From an uncultured Gammaproteobacteria bacterium (GTDB lineage Bacteria; Pseudomonadota; Gammaproteobacteria; UBA9214): a stretch of DNA of 64,000 nucleotides. The translations under genes and the position numbers were made by a program. Of this stretch, positions 19,376 to 31,660 are shown piece by piece. The notes below the pieces were generated by a model, which was given only the letters and a program-made list of their open reading frames with translations, did not search any database and was not told the origin of the DNA. The stretch's first letter is position 1. Each line of letters starts with the position of its first letter. The stretch lies in contig CAVYZN010000026.1 of the NCBI GenBank assembly GCA_963773065.1, positions 46,672-110,671 of the forward strand, read 5' to 3'.

Positions 19376-19924
19376 GTGGCGGTCGCGCGTTTCCTGCTCC
19401 TCGCCGCTCTGTGGCTTGCGGCGTTGCCGGCGCAGGCGCTGGATGAGACCAGTCTCGAATCGCAGCATATGCAGCGGCTCGACGAGGCGGCGCCGGATTT
19501 TCTGCTGCGCGACGCCTCCGGCAGAGACTTGCGCCTCACCGCCCTGCGCGGTCACCCCGTAATCCTGCATTTCTGGGCGACATGGTGCGAGCCCTGCCGC
19601 GAGGAACTTCCAACGTTAGATGCGATGGCCCGCCATATGGCAGATAGCGGTGTGATATTGGTCGCCGTGGCGATCGATGAGGAAGTGGACGCCGCCCGCG
19701 TCAGGCGTTATGCGCAGGACCTGGGTGTGGCGTTTCCCGTCTATCTTGCGCGGGAAGGCACTATCAGCGCCCGTTACTGGTCATGGGGAGTTCCGGTAAC
19801 TTACCTGATCGATCGAGCGGGGTGGCTGGTCGCCCGTGCCTTGGGACCGCGGGACTGGGCTTCGGTATCGATGCAGACCTTGATCACACAGTTCGTTGCC
19901 CCGGCTCTCCCGCGGACGCCATGA
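19376..19924 (+). CDS. TlpA-family thiol-disulfide reductase
   Basis: APDF, FWATWCEPCREELP, GVPVTYLID. Confidence 0.9.
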   Translation: MAVARFLLLAALWLAALPAQALDETSLESQHMQRLDEAAPDFLLRDASGRDLRLTALRGHPVILHFWATWCEPCREELPTLDAMARHMADSGVILVAVAIDEEVDAARVRRYAQDLGVAFPVYLAREGTISARYWSWGVPVTYLIDRAGWLVARALGPRDWASVSMQTLITQFVAPALPRTP

Positions 19925-20012
19925 ATCTCACGCGCCGCCCGATGTCAAACACGGGTGATATTGTGGATTTTGGCCGGAACTTGCCCATTAAACCCATGCT
20001 GGTTCAGATCGC

Positions 20013-20076
20013 GTAGGAGCGGGCTTGCCCGTGGATGGAAGTTACGCGGTTTGTTCGCGCGCAAGCCCGCTCCCAC
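20013..20076. repeat. GTAG REP doublet
   Basis: GTAGGAGCGGGCTTGC ... GCAAGCCCGCTCCCAC between convergent genes. Confidence 0.8.
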
Positions 20077-20115
20077 CGCGTGAAAAATAAATCACCTTTT
20101 TCTGGATTTGTCATC

Positions 20116-23100
20116 TCAACCCAACACCACCTCGATGCGATACTCCCCGCCGGCCGTGGGCAGGGTGATACGCGCGAGGCCGTCGGTGATCGGCTCATCC
20201 CGGCCGTCCAGGCGGGCGGCGATCACCTGCCCGCCGCCGTGTGGATTCTCGACCGCGATCGCGCACTGCGTTGCGCCATCGGGCAGGCGGTAGCGCAGGC
20301 GAAACCCGGGCCAGTCGGCCGGGATGCAGGGGCGGATCAGGAGGGTGCGTCCCTGCGTCACGCGCAGGCCGAGCACCGACTCCAGCGCCGCGCGATACAG
20401 CCAGCCAGCGGATCCGGTGTACCAGCTCCAGCCGCCGCGCCCGACATGCGGCGGCTCGCCATAGACATCCGCCGCCACCACGTAGGGTTCCAGCCGGTAG
20501 GTCGCGACCCGCTCCGCGGTGACCGTATGACTGACCGGGCTCAGCATCTCCAGCACGCGCGCGGCGCGCTCGTTGCGCCCGAGCTCCGCCAGCGCCATCA
20601 CCACCCAGCACGCCGCGTGGGTGTACTGGCCGCCATTCTCGCGCACGCCGGCGACATAGCCCTTGATGTAACCGGGGTCGTGCGGAGTGTCGACGAAGGC
20701 CGGTGTCAACAGGCGCACGATGCCATCAGTCTCCGAGATCAACTGCCGTTCCACCGCGTCCATGGCCTGTTCCGCCCGCGCGCGCGGCGCCGCGCCGGAG
20801 ATGACCGACCAGGACTGTGCCAGGGCGTCGATGCGGCACTCCGCATCGCCCTCGCAGCCGAGCGGCGTGCCGTCGTCGTAGTAGGCGCGGCGATACCAGG
20901 CGCCGTCCCAGCCGCTGGCCTCCAGGGCCTCCGCGAGGCGGGCACGGTAGTCACGGTAACGGGCGAGGCGCGCCGGGTCGTCGCGGCGCTCGCACAGCGG
21001 CAGAAAGTCGCCGAGGATGCGGTAGAGAAAAAAGCCGAGCCAGACGCTCTCGCCGCGCCCTTCCCGCCCGACGCGGTTCATGCCGTCGTTCCAGTCGCCC
21101 GTGCCCATCAGCGGCAAGCCGTGGGCGCCGCGCGTGAGCGAACGGTCGAGGGCACGGCAGCAGTGCTCGTAGAGGTCGGCGGTGTCGGTTCCGACCTGCG
21201 GCGACAGGTACACCTCGTCCTCGCCGGGTTCCAGCAGCCGCGCATCGAGAAACGGCGCGCGCTCCTCGAGGATGGCGGCATCGCCGGTGACGTCGAGGTA
21301 GTGGCTGGTGACATAGGGCAGCCACAGGAGATCATCCGAGAAGCGGGTGCGCAGCCCGCGCTCCAGCGGCGCGGGATGCCACCAGTGCAGCACGTCGCCC
21401 TCCACGAACTGGTGGGCGGCGTGCAGCAGGAGCTGCGCCCGGGTCAGCTCCGGGCGGACGATGGCCAGCGCGGCGGCATCTTGCAGTTGATCGCGATAGC
21501 CGTAGGCCCCGCCCGACTGGTAGAAGGCCGAGCGCGCCTGGATGCGGCAGGCGAGATTCTGGTACACCAGCCAGCCGTTCAGCATCAGGTCGATGGCCGG
21601 CGACGGCGTCTCGACGTGGAGGGAGGCAACCAGTTCGGTCCAATAAGCCGTGGCTTCATCGAGGGCGGCCTGCACCGCCCCGGGCGCGCGGTAATGGGCC
21701 ACCAGCCGATCCAGCTCGTTCTCGTCCAGGCACTCCCCGAGCAGGAAGGCGCACTCGGCCGTCTGCCCCGGCGCCAGGGTAATCCGCAACTGTTGCGCGA
21801 AGCATGGCTCCAGAGCGGCGCCGCAGGCGCCGTTCAGCCGTGTTTCATCGCGCAACGCGGCCGGGTCCGAGGGATCGCCGTGCCGGCCGATGAAGGCGGC
21901 GCGGTCGCAGGTATAGGCGGTAGGTTCGACGCCTGCCCCGGTGACGACGGCGCAGGCGAAGGCGATCCCTCCGGCGAACTCGCCGGCCGCCGGGTTGACG
22001 GCGCGCAGCAGCTCCCGCCCGGCATCGAACGCGGTGACGATGGGGCTCGGCGAGACCAGCAGGTTGCCGAGCACGAGGCGCTGATACGAGAACACGGAGA
22101 GGCGGCGGGGTTCGGCGCCACGGTGCTTGAGTCGCAGCCGCAGGATGCGGACCGGGTCGCGGCGCGGCATGAACAGGGTGGTCTCCTGCTCGAGGCCGGC
22201 GTACTCGACACCGGAAGCGGGTGAAACCGAAGCCGTGGCGCGCTTCGTAGTCGCAGGGGGCCGGCCGGGGACCGGGCAGCGGCGACCAGGCCGCGCCGCT
22301 TGCCGCATCGCGCAGGTAACAGGCCTCGCCATGGGGATCGCGCACCGGGTCATTGAACCAGGGGGTCAGGCGGTTCGCCTGGCTGTTGCGGGCCCAGGTG
22401 TATCCGGCGCCGCTTTCGCTCACGAGGAAGCCGCCGCGTTCATTCGCGATGACGTTGATCCAGGGCAGCGGCGGCCGGCGCAACGCCCCGCCCCGCCATG
22501 GCAGATCGCACGACGTATTCGGCGCCATCCGGCGTAAATCCCCCATAGCCGTTGTAACACAACAGTCCGGCCGCCTTGTCATCGGCAACGGGCGCGGACG
22601 TTGCCTGCCGGCGTGCCCCGGTGCCACACCGTGCGGGCCGCGCAGACGGCCGCGACCCGATAGGGTTGCAGCAACCCAAGCGCAGCGGCGCGATCCGGCG
22701 CCATGCCGGTCAGGAACTGGAGTTCCTTACGTTCACCCGGCGCCAGTTCGACCACGGTGCGCAGGCTGAACACCGGATCGAGCACATTGCCGACGCTGCC
22801 GGACAAGTGCTCTGCGCCGAGCAGCGCGGCCGGGCGCGCCGGCGTGCCGCCGCGGCCGAGGAAACGCAGGCGGTCGGTCTCCCACTCACTCGCCTCGGCG
22901 CCGGCGAGGGCGTGCACCAGCCACGGCCAAATCTCGTGCGCGGCGCGCGGCCGGCGGTGGGCAAGCAACGCGCCGTGCGCGGCATCGCGTTCCGTCTGCA
23001 CGAACAGCTTGGCGAAAGCGGGGTGAGCGGCATCGGCCGCGGCATGGGTGAGAACGACCTCCAGGTAGCTGGTCACCTCGATGCGCCGCGCCCGCGGCGA

Positions 23101-23478
23101 GGCGTTGTACAGATCGATGCGGCGCAGCTCCAGATCCGCGTCTTCCGCCACGCTCACCTCCATGCATGCCGCGATGCCGTCATCCTCCCGCTCCAGCAGG
23201 AAGCGCCCGCCGGCACACTCGGTCCGGTAACGTTCGGTCGGGGTGCGCGTCGGTTGGTACCCCAGCGACCAGCAGCGCCCGCCGGCGAGGTCGCGCAAGT
23301 ACACGAAACTGCCGAGGTCGTCCTCGACGGGATCGGCCTGCCAGCGGGTGAGCGCCAGACCGTTGCAGAATGACCCGCCGCTGCCGGTGTCGGAGATCAG
23401 CACCTCGTAGTGCCCGTTCGATAGGCGGTAAAGGGTGGCGGGTGCGGCGTTCGGGTCGGTGTAACGGTCTGTGCTCAT
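20116..23478 (-). CDS. GH94 glycoside phosphorylase (NdvB/Cgs C-terminal-like), apparent frameshifts near 22210 and 22620
   Basis: [65 protein letters not shown] across three frames. Confidence 0.88.
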
Positions 23479-23523
23479 GATGGATCCCGTGAAGAAAATA
23501 TATGTATTGTCAGTTCAAGACCG

Positions 23524-23611
23524 TTTTCACCGCAAAGACGCAGAGGACGCAAAGTCGTTTAATTGTTTTTCTCTAAAGAATGCCTTTGCGAACTTTGCGA
23601 CTTTGCGATGA
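23524..23611. repeat. Palindromic CGCAAAG/CTTTGCG repeat element
   Basis: CGCAAAGACGCAGAGGACGCAAAG ... CTTTGCGAACTTTGCGACTTTGCG. Confidence 0.65.
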
Positions 23612-23637
23612 ATTCTTTCTTTATGGATGAAAACCGA

Positions 23638-26600
23638 CTACGACCTCGGCTGGGAAACGCCGTAATACGCGCTTCCCGCGGGGTGAAATCCGCCGAGGGC
23701 GCGCCGTTCACCCGCACCTCCCGCAGCGGCCCATCGCCGGGTGGCGCGAACTGGAAACCGCCGGGCGGCAATCGGTGCGCGCCGCCCAGGGTCAGGTGCA
23801 GGGCGCCGTCCGCCGCGCGGCGCAGACGCAGGTCCAGATGTCCATACCACGTCGGCAGGCCGGTGACCGCGATCTCACCCGCCGCGAGCCACTCACCGGG
23901 GATGCCGGCCGCGATGACCAGCGAGCGGTCCGCCTCGCGTTCATAGGCGAACAGGTCGCGGAAGACGAGGATATACTCGGCGCCGATCCAACTGTGCGGC
24001 AGGTCGCCCTGGTGTCCCGGCGTGCGCGGATCGCGCCAGGCGATCTCGGGCCACTGGTTCCACGCCGGCGGGCGGCGCTCGGCGAGGAAGAAGCGCGCCA
24101 GTTCGTGGGCTTCCCGGCGCCGCCCGAGGCGCACCAGCGCGCCGATGATGCGGATCTCGTAGGGCGTGTAGTTGGTCCACGCCGCCTGCCCGCCGTGCAT
24201 GGCGCGAAAGCGTTCGAGGAACATGGCGAAGGTCGCTTCGAGGGCCGCGGCCGGCAGGCTGTGGGCCTCGTCCACCAGGGTCAGGGCATTGGCGACGGCG
24301 GTCGGATCCGCATCCGCCCATTCCACCGAGCCGGGTAAAAAGTCGATGCCGCGCGTCGTCATGGTGTGTTGCAGGGAAGCGCAGAGCGTGGCGCGGAAGT
24401 CATCACGCAGGGCGGCGAGCCGGGCCGCTTCGGCAGTATCGCCCATGACCTGCGCCAGCTCGGCGGCGTCCTTGAAGCCGCGCAGCGCCCAGAAGTCGTC
24501 CCAGTAGGCGTGCACCGGCTGGGCGAGGTAGCCCTCGTGGCTGACCGACTCGGGCAACAGGCCGAAGCAGCGCCAGCCTATCCGGGGCGCGATAGTCGGG
24601 CGCGAGCCGTTGGCGGCGCAACGCCTCGAGGTACCCGACCGCCTTGCGCACGGCGGGCCAGAGGTCCTCGACCAGGCGGCGGTCGCCGCTGTAGCGGTAG
24701 TAGTCGGCGATGGCGAAGATGAACTCGCCGTGGCTGTCGTGTTCGGCGAGCCAGTCCGGGCCCTTGCGATCCACGCAACAGGGGACGTTGCCGTCTTCGG
24801 CCTGGAACCGGGCGTACCAGCGGATGAACTCCCCGGCCTCGGCGGCGCACCCCATGCGCAGCAGGGCGGCGGCCATGACCGCGCCGTCGCGAATCCAGGA
24901 GCGGGTGTAGCGGCGCGGGCCGGGTTGCAGCGCGGCACCGTCGCGATTGATGAGAATATGGGCCGTCGCGCTGCGGCAGCAGTTGAGATAATCCCGCGCC
25001 GGCTCCGGCACGCGGAAGCGCACCGCGCCGAGCCGGTCCGACCACTGGCGCACGGCGATCTCGAACTGCTCCGGCCCCGACAATCCCGCCGGCAGAAGTT
25101 CCGCTACCTTGCCCGGCGTAACCGCACCGAACGGGATGGCCAGAAAGATTTCCTCCGCGGCGCCGCTCGCCAGGTCGAGGTCGAAGCGCAGTGCGGCGGA
25201 GGCATAGCCGAAACCGTCGCTCACCCGGGTGTCCGCCGGCAGCTCGCCGCCGGCCAGGTAATCGGTGATCGGGCCTTGGTCGAAGGCCGCGGCGCCGCAG
25301 CCGGAAACCGGGCGCAGCGGTATCACCGCCTTCGCGCCGTTGACCCAAAGTATGCCCTCACGGTAGTCGAGCTCGCGCACCGGGCTGACGCCGCCGAGGT
25401 CTTCGAATCCCTGCCAGGTCGGCGTGACCTGCAGCGGACGCACCGCGCTGAACAGGGTCAGCGCGCGCCGCGCGCCGCGGTTCTCCACGCGGTAGCGGAC
25501 ATAGAGCACGGCGCGACCGGACGCGCCGGTGGCGAAGGCGGTGGTGGTCAGCCGCAGATCGCCGCGCTGCCAGAGGGAGGATGGCAGCGGCAGACAGCCC
25601 TGCTCCAGGGTCTGGGTGAGGGCGGCATCGGCCCAGGTGAGCAGCTCCCCGTCCAGGTACAAAAAGGGTTCCAGGGAAAAACTGCCGCGATCGACCTCCA
25701 GCAGGCCCTCCTCGTTGAGCAGCGCCGGTACCGCGCCGGCCGGGATGTCCACGGGCGTCCAGTAGGTCTGCTCGCGGTACAGCCACCGGGGGTAGCGACC
25801 GCGCGCGCCGTGACCGGCCACATGATGGAAAAAGGCGTTGAGGGAGCGCGAGAACTCGTAGGGCTGCACCGCGACGTCGATGAGGCCGGGGGATTGCGCG
25901 GCGCCGGCCCCGTCCACCTCAAGGCGCAGGTAGCGCGACGACCCCTGCGGCAAATAGATGAAGCTGTGCGCGCCGGCCGAGCGCGGCGCCGCGTACAGGG
26001 CGCGCCACTCGCTGCCGCTATCGGAGCCATGCAACGCAAAACTTCGTTCCCGGGGCGCGGGCGTCCACTGCAGGATCAGGCCGCCGTACTCGCGCACCTG
26101 CCGGAAATCAATCTCCAGCCAGGCGCGGCCGGCGGCGGGATCGCCGCGCCAGCTCGTATCCGGGCGGCCGTCCATGGCGCAGGCGGGCGCGTGCCCCGGC
26201 AGGGCGCTCGAAGCCCGCAGCCGGGGCGGTTCGTACACCGTGCGATCCTCCAGGCGCAGGTCGGCGATCCAGAGCGTGCCCTGGCCGCCGGGGCCGGCGG
26301 CTACGGCGAACTCGATGGCGCCGATGTCACCCGGTGCCCCGCCCCCCGCCGGACCCCAGGCGAAGTCGATCCGGCTGCTCGGGATGTGCACGTCGCGCCA
26401 ATCCGCGGCGAAATCGAAGGCCGCGTCCAGATAACGCCAGACGTTGACGCCGCCCGGGTCGACGAGTTTGAATTCGAACTTGTTCGGCGGGGCCGCGCCG
26501 CGCACGGCGAAGTGGATGGCAAAGGTCTCCGGCAGGGTGAAGGCGCAGGGTTTGCGGGCGACCACGAAACCGCCGCCGCCCCCGAAGTCGAAGTCCAGGC

Positions 26601-26715
26601 GCATGGCCTGGCCATGGGGACCCGGCTCGGGGGTGATGGCGAGCTTCGCCTGGCCCGAGGTTACGGCCATCCAGTCGGAGAGGTCGGTGAACGCATCCAG
26701 CAGCCGGGTGTGCAT
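23638..26715 (-). CDS. Discoidin (F5/8 C) domain plus six-hairpin glycosidase-like protein, frameshift near 24575; 3' end approximate
   Basis: ASS..AMDG..TSW..WLEIDF discoidin motifs; QPGPRRYTRSWIRDG, EHDSHGE, GLLPESVSHEGY, YWDDFW. Confidence 0.8.
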
Positions 26716-26941
26716 GGTGGCAACTTTATATTAAAGACATGATGGCGCAAACGGGACATCCGCCCGGGGAAGCGCCCGGCAATCGAACCGGGAATTCCCT
26801 CTCGGCGGTTTTCCATGACAAGGCTATACTGGCTTCCGTCCGAAGTCACCGGTGCATCCGATCGAGCGTCGCGAATATGGCCACGAACCACCCCTGCAAG
26901 CGCGGATTTCCCGGTCAACCCGTCGCGGTGTCTCGTCCGGC

Positions 26942-28685
26942 ATGAACGCCTTCCAGCTCCCGATCAGCCGCACCATCCTCGTCCGGTTCGTCGAGATGAT
27001 AAAGGGCCTCCTCAAGTCCGAGGTCGGCGGCAAGGCCAAGGCGCTGTTTGTGCTGTTGATCCTCTTTCTGTTCGGCATCAATGGGCTGAATGTGGTGAAC
27101 AGCTACGTCGCCCGGGACTTCATGACGGCCATCGAGCACCAGAACATGAGCGGATTCCTCCGCTATGCCCTGCTCTACGTGGGCGTCTTCGCGGCCTCGA
27201 CGGTCGTCGCGGTGCTGTACCACTACGCCGAGGAGCGACTTGGGACTCCTGTGGCGCAAATGGCTCACGGAACGCGCCATCGTGCGCTACCTGGAAAATC
27301 AGACCTATTTCCGGCTGCACGACGCCGGCGACCTGCCGAACCCCGACCAGCGCATCGCCGAGGACATCCGCTCGCTGACCTCGACCACCCTGTCCTTCGT
27401 GCTGCTGTTTCTCAATGCCAGCTTCACGGTGGTCGCCTTCTCCGGCGTCATGTGGACCATCAGCCCGCTGTTGTTCGTCGTGGCGGTCGCCTATGCCGCG
27501 CTGGGCTCCTTCCTCACCATCTACCTGGGAAAACCCCTGATCCGGCTCAACTACGACCAACTGGACAAGGAGGCCAACTTCCGCGCCCGCCTGGTGCATG
27601 TGGGAGAGAACGCCGCCTCGATTGCCCTGCTGCGGCGCGAGGGACGGCTCAAGGCGCGGCTGCTCGACCGCCTCGAGCAGTTGACCACGAATTTTCAGCG
27701 CATCATCCGGGTGAACCGCAATCTCGGCTACTTCACCACCGGTTACAACTATCTCATCCAGATCATCCCGGCCCTGGTGGTGGCGCCCCTGTTCATCCAC
27801 GGCCAGGTCGAATTCGGCGTCATCAGCCAGTCGGCCATGGCCTTCGGCCATCTGCTCGGCGCCTTTTCCCTCATCGTCACCCAGTTCGCGTCCATCTCGA
27901 GCTACACGGCGGTCATCGCCCGGCTCGGGGGACTGCGCGAAGCCATGGACAATGCGCGGCCGCCGGTCATTCCGGAAATCGAATGCTGCGATTCGTGCGG
28001 GGTGCTCGCCTTCGAGGGGCTGACGCTGCGTTCACGGCGCAGAAACCGCACCCTGGTCGATCGCCTGAACGTCACCATCCCCATCGGGACCCGTCTGCTC
28101 ATCCGGACGCAAAGCGATTCCACGAAGCATGTCCTGTTCCGTGCGACCGCCGATTTATGGGACAAGGGCGAGGGGCGGATCCTGCGTCCATGCCTCGACG
28201 ATATGATGTTCGTACCGGAGCGGCCGTACCTGCCGCCGGGGACGCTGCGGGAGGCGCTGCTGCACACCGGCCAGGAAAAACTGGTCTCGGAAGAGCAGAT
28301 CCTCGCGACCCTGCATGCCCTGAACCTGGAATCCGTATTGAGGAGGGTCGGCGGAATCGATGTCGAGCGCAAATGGGGCGACCTGCTCTCGCTGGCCGAA
28401 CAGCAGCTCATCGCCTTCGCCCGCGTACTGATCGCCGCGCCCAGCTTCGTGTTTCTCGATCAACCGAGCCGGGCCTTGAACGTGCTCCAGGTGAATGAGC
28501 TTCTGAGACGACTGCGCGAACGGGGCATCACCTATCTGACGCTGGGCGATGACGACGACCCCTCCCTCTACGACCAGTTGCTCGAAATCGCCGAGGATGG
28601 CTCCTGGAAACTGACTCCCCTGCCTGCCGCCGCGGCGAAAGCGGACGTCGCACCCGCCCCGGGCGTGACGCCGTCGCCGGGCTGA
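26942..28685 (+). CDS. ABC transporter permease/ATPase (YddA/ABCD-like), frameshift near 27240
   Basis: [35 protein letters not shown]; degenerate Walker motifs. Confidence 0.85.
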
Positions 28686-28720
28686 GCACCCAGGACTCTG
28701 TCCCCCTACCCGAGGTGCCC

Positions 28721-30078
28721 ATGCCAAACGCCACACCCTTTCCCGAAGGCTTCCTCTGGGGCGCCGCCACCTCGGCCTACCAGATCGAGGGTTCACCCCT
28801 CGCCGACGGGGCCGGGGCGAGCATCTGGCAACGTTACGCCCACACGCCGGGGCGGGTGGTGAACGGGGACACCGGCGATCGTCGCCTGCGATCACTACCG
28901 CCGCTACGCGGACGACGTCGGGCTGATGGCCGGGCTCGGGCTGAACGCCTACCGCTTCAGCATCGCCTGGGGGCGGGTGCTGCCGCAGGGCACCGGCAAA
29001 GTGAATCCCAAAGGCCTGGAATTCTACGAGCGGCTGGTGGATGCGCTACTCGCCCACGGCATCGAGCCCATGGCCACACTCTATCACTGGGACCTGCCGG
29101 CGGCGCTCTATGACCGCGGCGGGCTGGCTGAACCCGGACAGCGCCCTCTGGTTCGTGGACTACGCCCTGACGATGTTTCACGCGCTCGATGACCGCGTGC
29201 GCCTCTGGGTGACGCTGAACGAGCCGTGGGTCGTCGCCGTGGCGGGCTACCTCAAGGCGACAATGCCCCGGGGCACCGAAGCCTGTATGAAACGCCGCGC
29301 GTCGCCCACGCCCTGCTGCGCGCCCATGCCGCCGCGGTGACGGCGTATCGCGCCACCGGCCGTCACCGCATCGGCCTGGCGGTGAACCTGGAACCGCAGC
29401 ATCCGGCCTCCGCTACCGCGGAGGACCTGGCCGCCGCCGCGCGGCGCGATGCCTTCATCAACCGCTGGTTCCTCGATCCGCTGTTCCACGGCGTCTATCC
29501 GCCGGAACTCCCGGACATCTTCGGCGCGGACTGGCCGGGCTACACGGCCGCGGACCTCGCCGGTCTCCCCGGCACGGTGGATTTCATCGGCGTGAACTAC
29601 TATTCGCGCGGCGTCGTCCGCGACGATCCGGCGGACCGGCCGGTACGGGCCGCGCGCGTGCGCCAGGACCACAACTCCCATACCGCCATGGACTGGGAGG
29701 TCTACCCCGCGGGCCTGACCGAGATCCTGCTGTGGATCAAGGGGCGTTACGGCAACCCGCCGGTCTATATCACCGAGAACGGCGCGGCCTTCGACGACCC
29801 GACCCCCGAGCGACGGCGAGGTACTTGATCCGCAGCGCGTGGACTACCTGCGCCGGCATCTGCTCGCCGCCCGCCAGGCGATCGACCAGGGCGTCGACCT
29901 GCGTGGCTATTTCGCCTGGTCGCTGTTCGACAACTTCGAATGGGCTCACGGCTATGCCAAACGCTTCGGCCTGGTGCACGTGGATTTCGCCACCCAGCGG
30001 CGCACCCCGAAGGAGAGCGCGCGCTTCTATGGCGAGGTCATCCGCACCCGGGGAGGCAATCTCGTCCGCAGCGAGTGA
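28721..30078 (+). CDS. GH1 beta-glucosidase, several frameshifts
   Basis: [47 protein letters not shown]. Confidence 0.9.
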
Positions 30079-30308
30079 TCGCCTGCCGTCCGGTGCCTCG
30101 GCCCTTGCAGAGAGGAAGTACTCCATAGACGGCGTCGACCCCGAGGAGACATCCATCGTTGTGTAGTTCGAGTGTGGATTATCGGGTACTCTAAACCGTG
30201 AAACCGCAATAGGCCGATGTGGCCTGTCGCTCAATACTACGGAAGCGGCCTACTACATTATTCGGCATCAAGTGACGAAGGCTGGTGAATCGGAGTACTC
30301 TTTCTACT

Positions 30309-30533
30309 ATGAAGATTGCTACTGGAAAGGTCGTTGGCGGTAAGGTCGTCCTCGAAGGCGTGACGCTGGAAGAGGGGGCGTCGGTCACGGTCCTGACTAG
30401 AGATGACGAAGGCGGCTCCATCCTAACCCCGGAGGAGGAGGCTGAACTGCTGCTTTCCATTGCCGAGGCTGATCGTGGGGAAACGGTATCCGTCGAAGAA
30501 GTGCTTGCGAAGCTTGCGCATCGTCACGGCTGA
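30309..30533 (+). CDS. Putative antitoxin
   Basis: MKIATGKVVGGKV..LTPEEEAELL.SIAEADRGE; directly upstream of a RelE/ParE toxin. Confidence 0.7.
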   Translation: MKIATGKVVGGKVVLEGVTLEEGASVTVLTRDDEGGSILTPEEEAELLLSIAEADRGETVSVEEVLAKLAHRHG

Positions 30534-30540
30534 GTAGGCC

Positions 30541-30834
30541 GTGGAAGTCCGGGTCACAAAGCGAGCGCAGGCGCAGATCGACAGCGCTGCCCTGTGGTGG
30601 GACCAGAACCGGCCTCTTGCGCCTGATGCCTTTGACGAGGAGCTTGCAGAGGCGTTTTCCCTTCTGAGCGTCGAGCCCGGCATTGGTGCACCCGTCTCGA
30701 ACGCCCGGGTACAAGGCGTGAGATGCTTGCATCTCGCCCGAATTCACTACCCTCTCTACTATCGTGTGCGTGGTGGCCAAGTCGAAGTGCTGAGTCTTTG
30801 GCACACGAGTTGCGGCGCCGGGCCGTCTGTCTAG
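30541..30834 (+). CDS. RelE/ParE-family toxin
   Basis: RAQAQID..WW, PGIG, YPLYYRV..VEVLSLWH. Confidence 0.8.
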   Translation: MEVRVTKRAQAQIDSAALWWDQNRPLAPDAFDEELAEAFSLLSVEPGIGAPVSNARVQGVRCLHLARIHYPLYYRVRGGQVEVLSLWHTSCGAGPSV

Positions 30835-30919
30835 AGTTGTGGCATGACTTTGCCACAAACTTCAGCCAATCTCTCAGGAACAGTAGGTTGACAAAGAAAT
30901 CCCAACGCGCAAGCCGAAT

Positions 30920-30945
30920 GTTGGGCTACGCAGGCTCAGCCCAAC
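30920..30945. repeat. REP-like palindrome (inverted relative of 851-876)
   Basis: GTTGGGCTACGCAGGCTCAGCCCAAC. Confidence 0.65.
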
Positions 30946-30993
30946 CCACAATGGATGACCTCGGAGGATCGGGGCGGACACCGATGAAACCAT

Positions 30994-31287
30994 TCATCGC
31001 GTGCGTTGAACCGCAGCCGAGAGACGGCGCCGTAGTGAATAACGGATCTTCAGCACCAGCATCGTCAGCGCCAGAACCAGGGTGATGCCGTTCGCGAGGA
31101 TGATCGGCAGGGAGTGCAAGGCAAGCCCATAAATCAGCCAGAGCAGCACGCCCACGCTGAACAAGGTGAACATGAACAGGGAAATGTCCTCCGCGGAACC
31201 CGTACGCCAGGTTTTGACGACCTGCGGGACGAAGGAAATGGTCGTAAAGGCGCCGGCAAGCGCGCCAATGAGATCGAACGGTGTCAT
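30994..31287 (-). CDS. SemiSWEET sugar transporter
   Basis: TTISFVPQVVKTWRT.SAEDIS, LWLIYG, PIILAN. Confidence 0.92.
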   Translation of the reverse strand: MTPFDLIGALAGAFTTISFVPQVVKTWRTGSAEDISLFMFTLFSVGVLLWLIYGLALHSLPIILANGITLVLALTMLVLKIRYSLRRRLSAAVQRTR

Positions 31288-31559
31288 GGAAAACGCCTTC
31301 CTGCGTTGATTGTCAGCACGATGATACGGGCTCGGACAAAATCCAGGGCCGCATGCGCTGGCGGTTCACTATAGGCGGGAATGATGAATCCTGACAATGT
31401 CTGCATCGGCAGGAACCGGCGCGGCGCGTTATGGGTAGCGACCCGGCGGAATCTGACGAGCCCGCCGCAAGCGCTCTCATGGTCATGCACAACAGCCTCG
31501 CCAAGCGTGGCTCTCCGTATTATCAAGGCCACCGTTGGCAGAGCCATTTTGCGGGAGAT

Positions 31560-31660
31560 GCTCCGGGATGGGCTTGACGGAACCGTGTGCCGCCAGGACG
31601 GCGGCACGCGAGCCTACAGGGACGTATTCACGGCGCGTTCCGGCAAGCCCATCCCGGAGC
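31560..31660. repeat. About 100-bp palindromic intergenic element
   Basis: 17-bp perfect terminal IR GCTCCGGGATGGGCTTG / CAAGCCCATCCCGGAGC with internal hairpin GTGCCGCC-AGGAC-GGCGGCAC. Confidence 0.7.
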
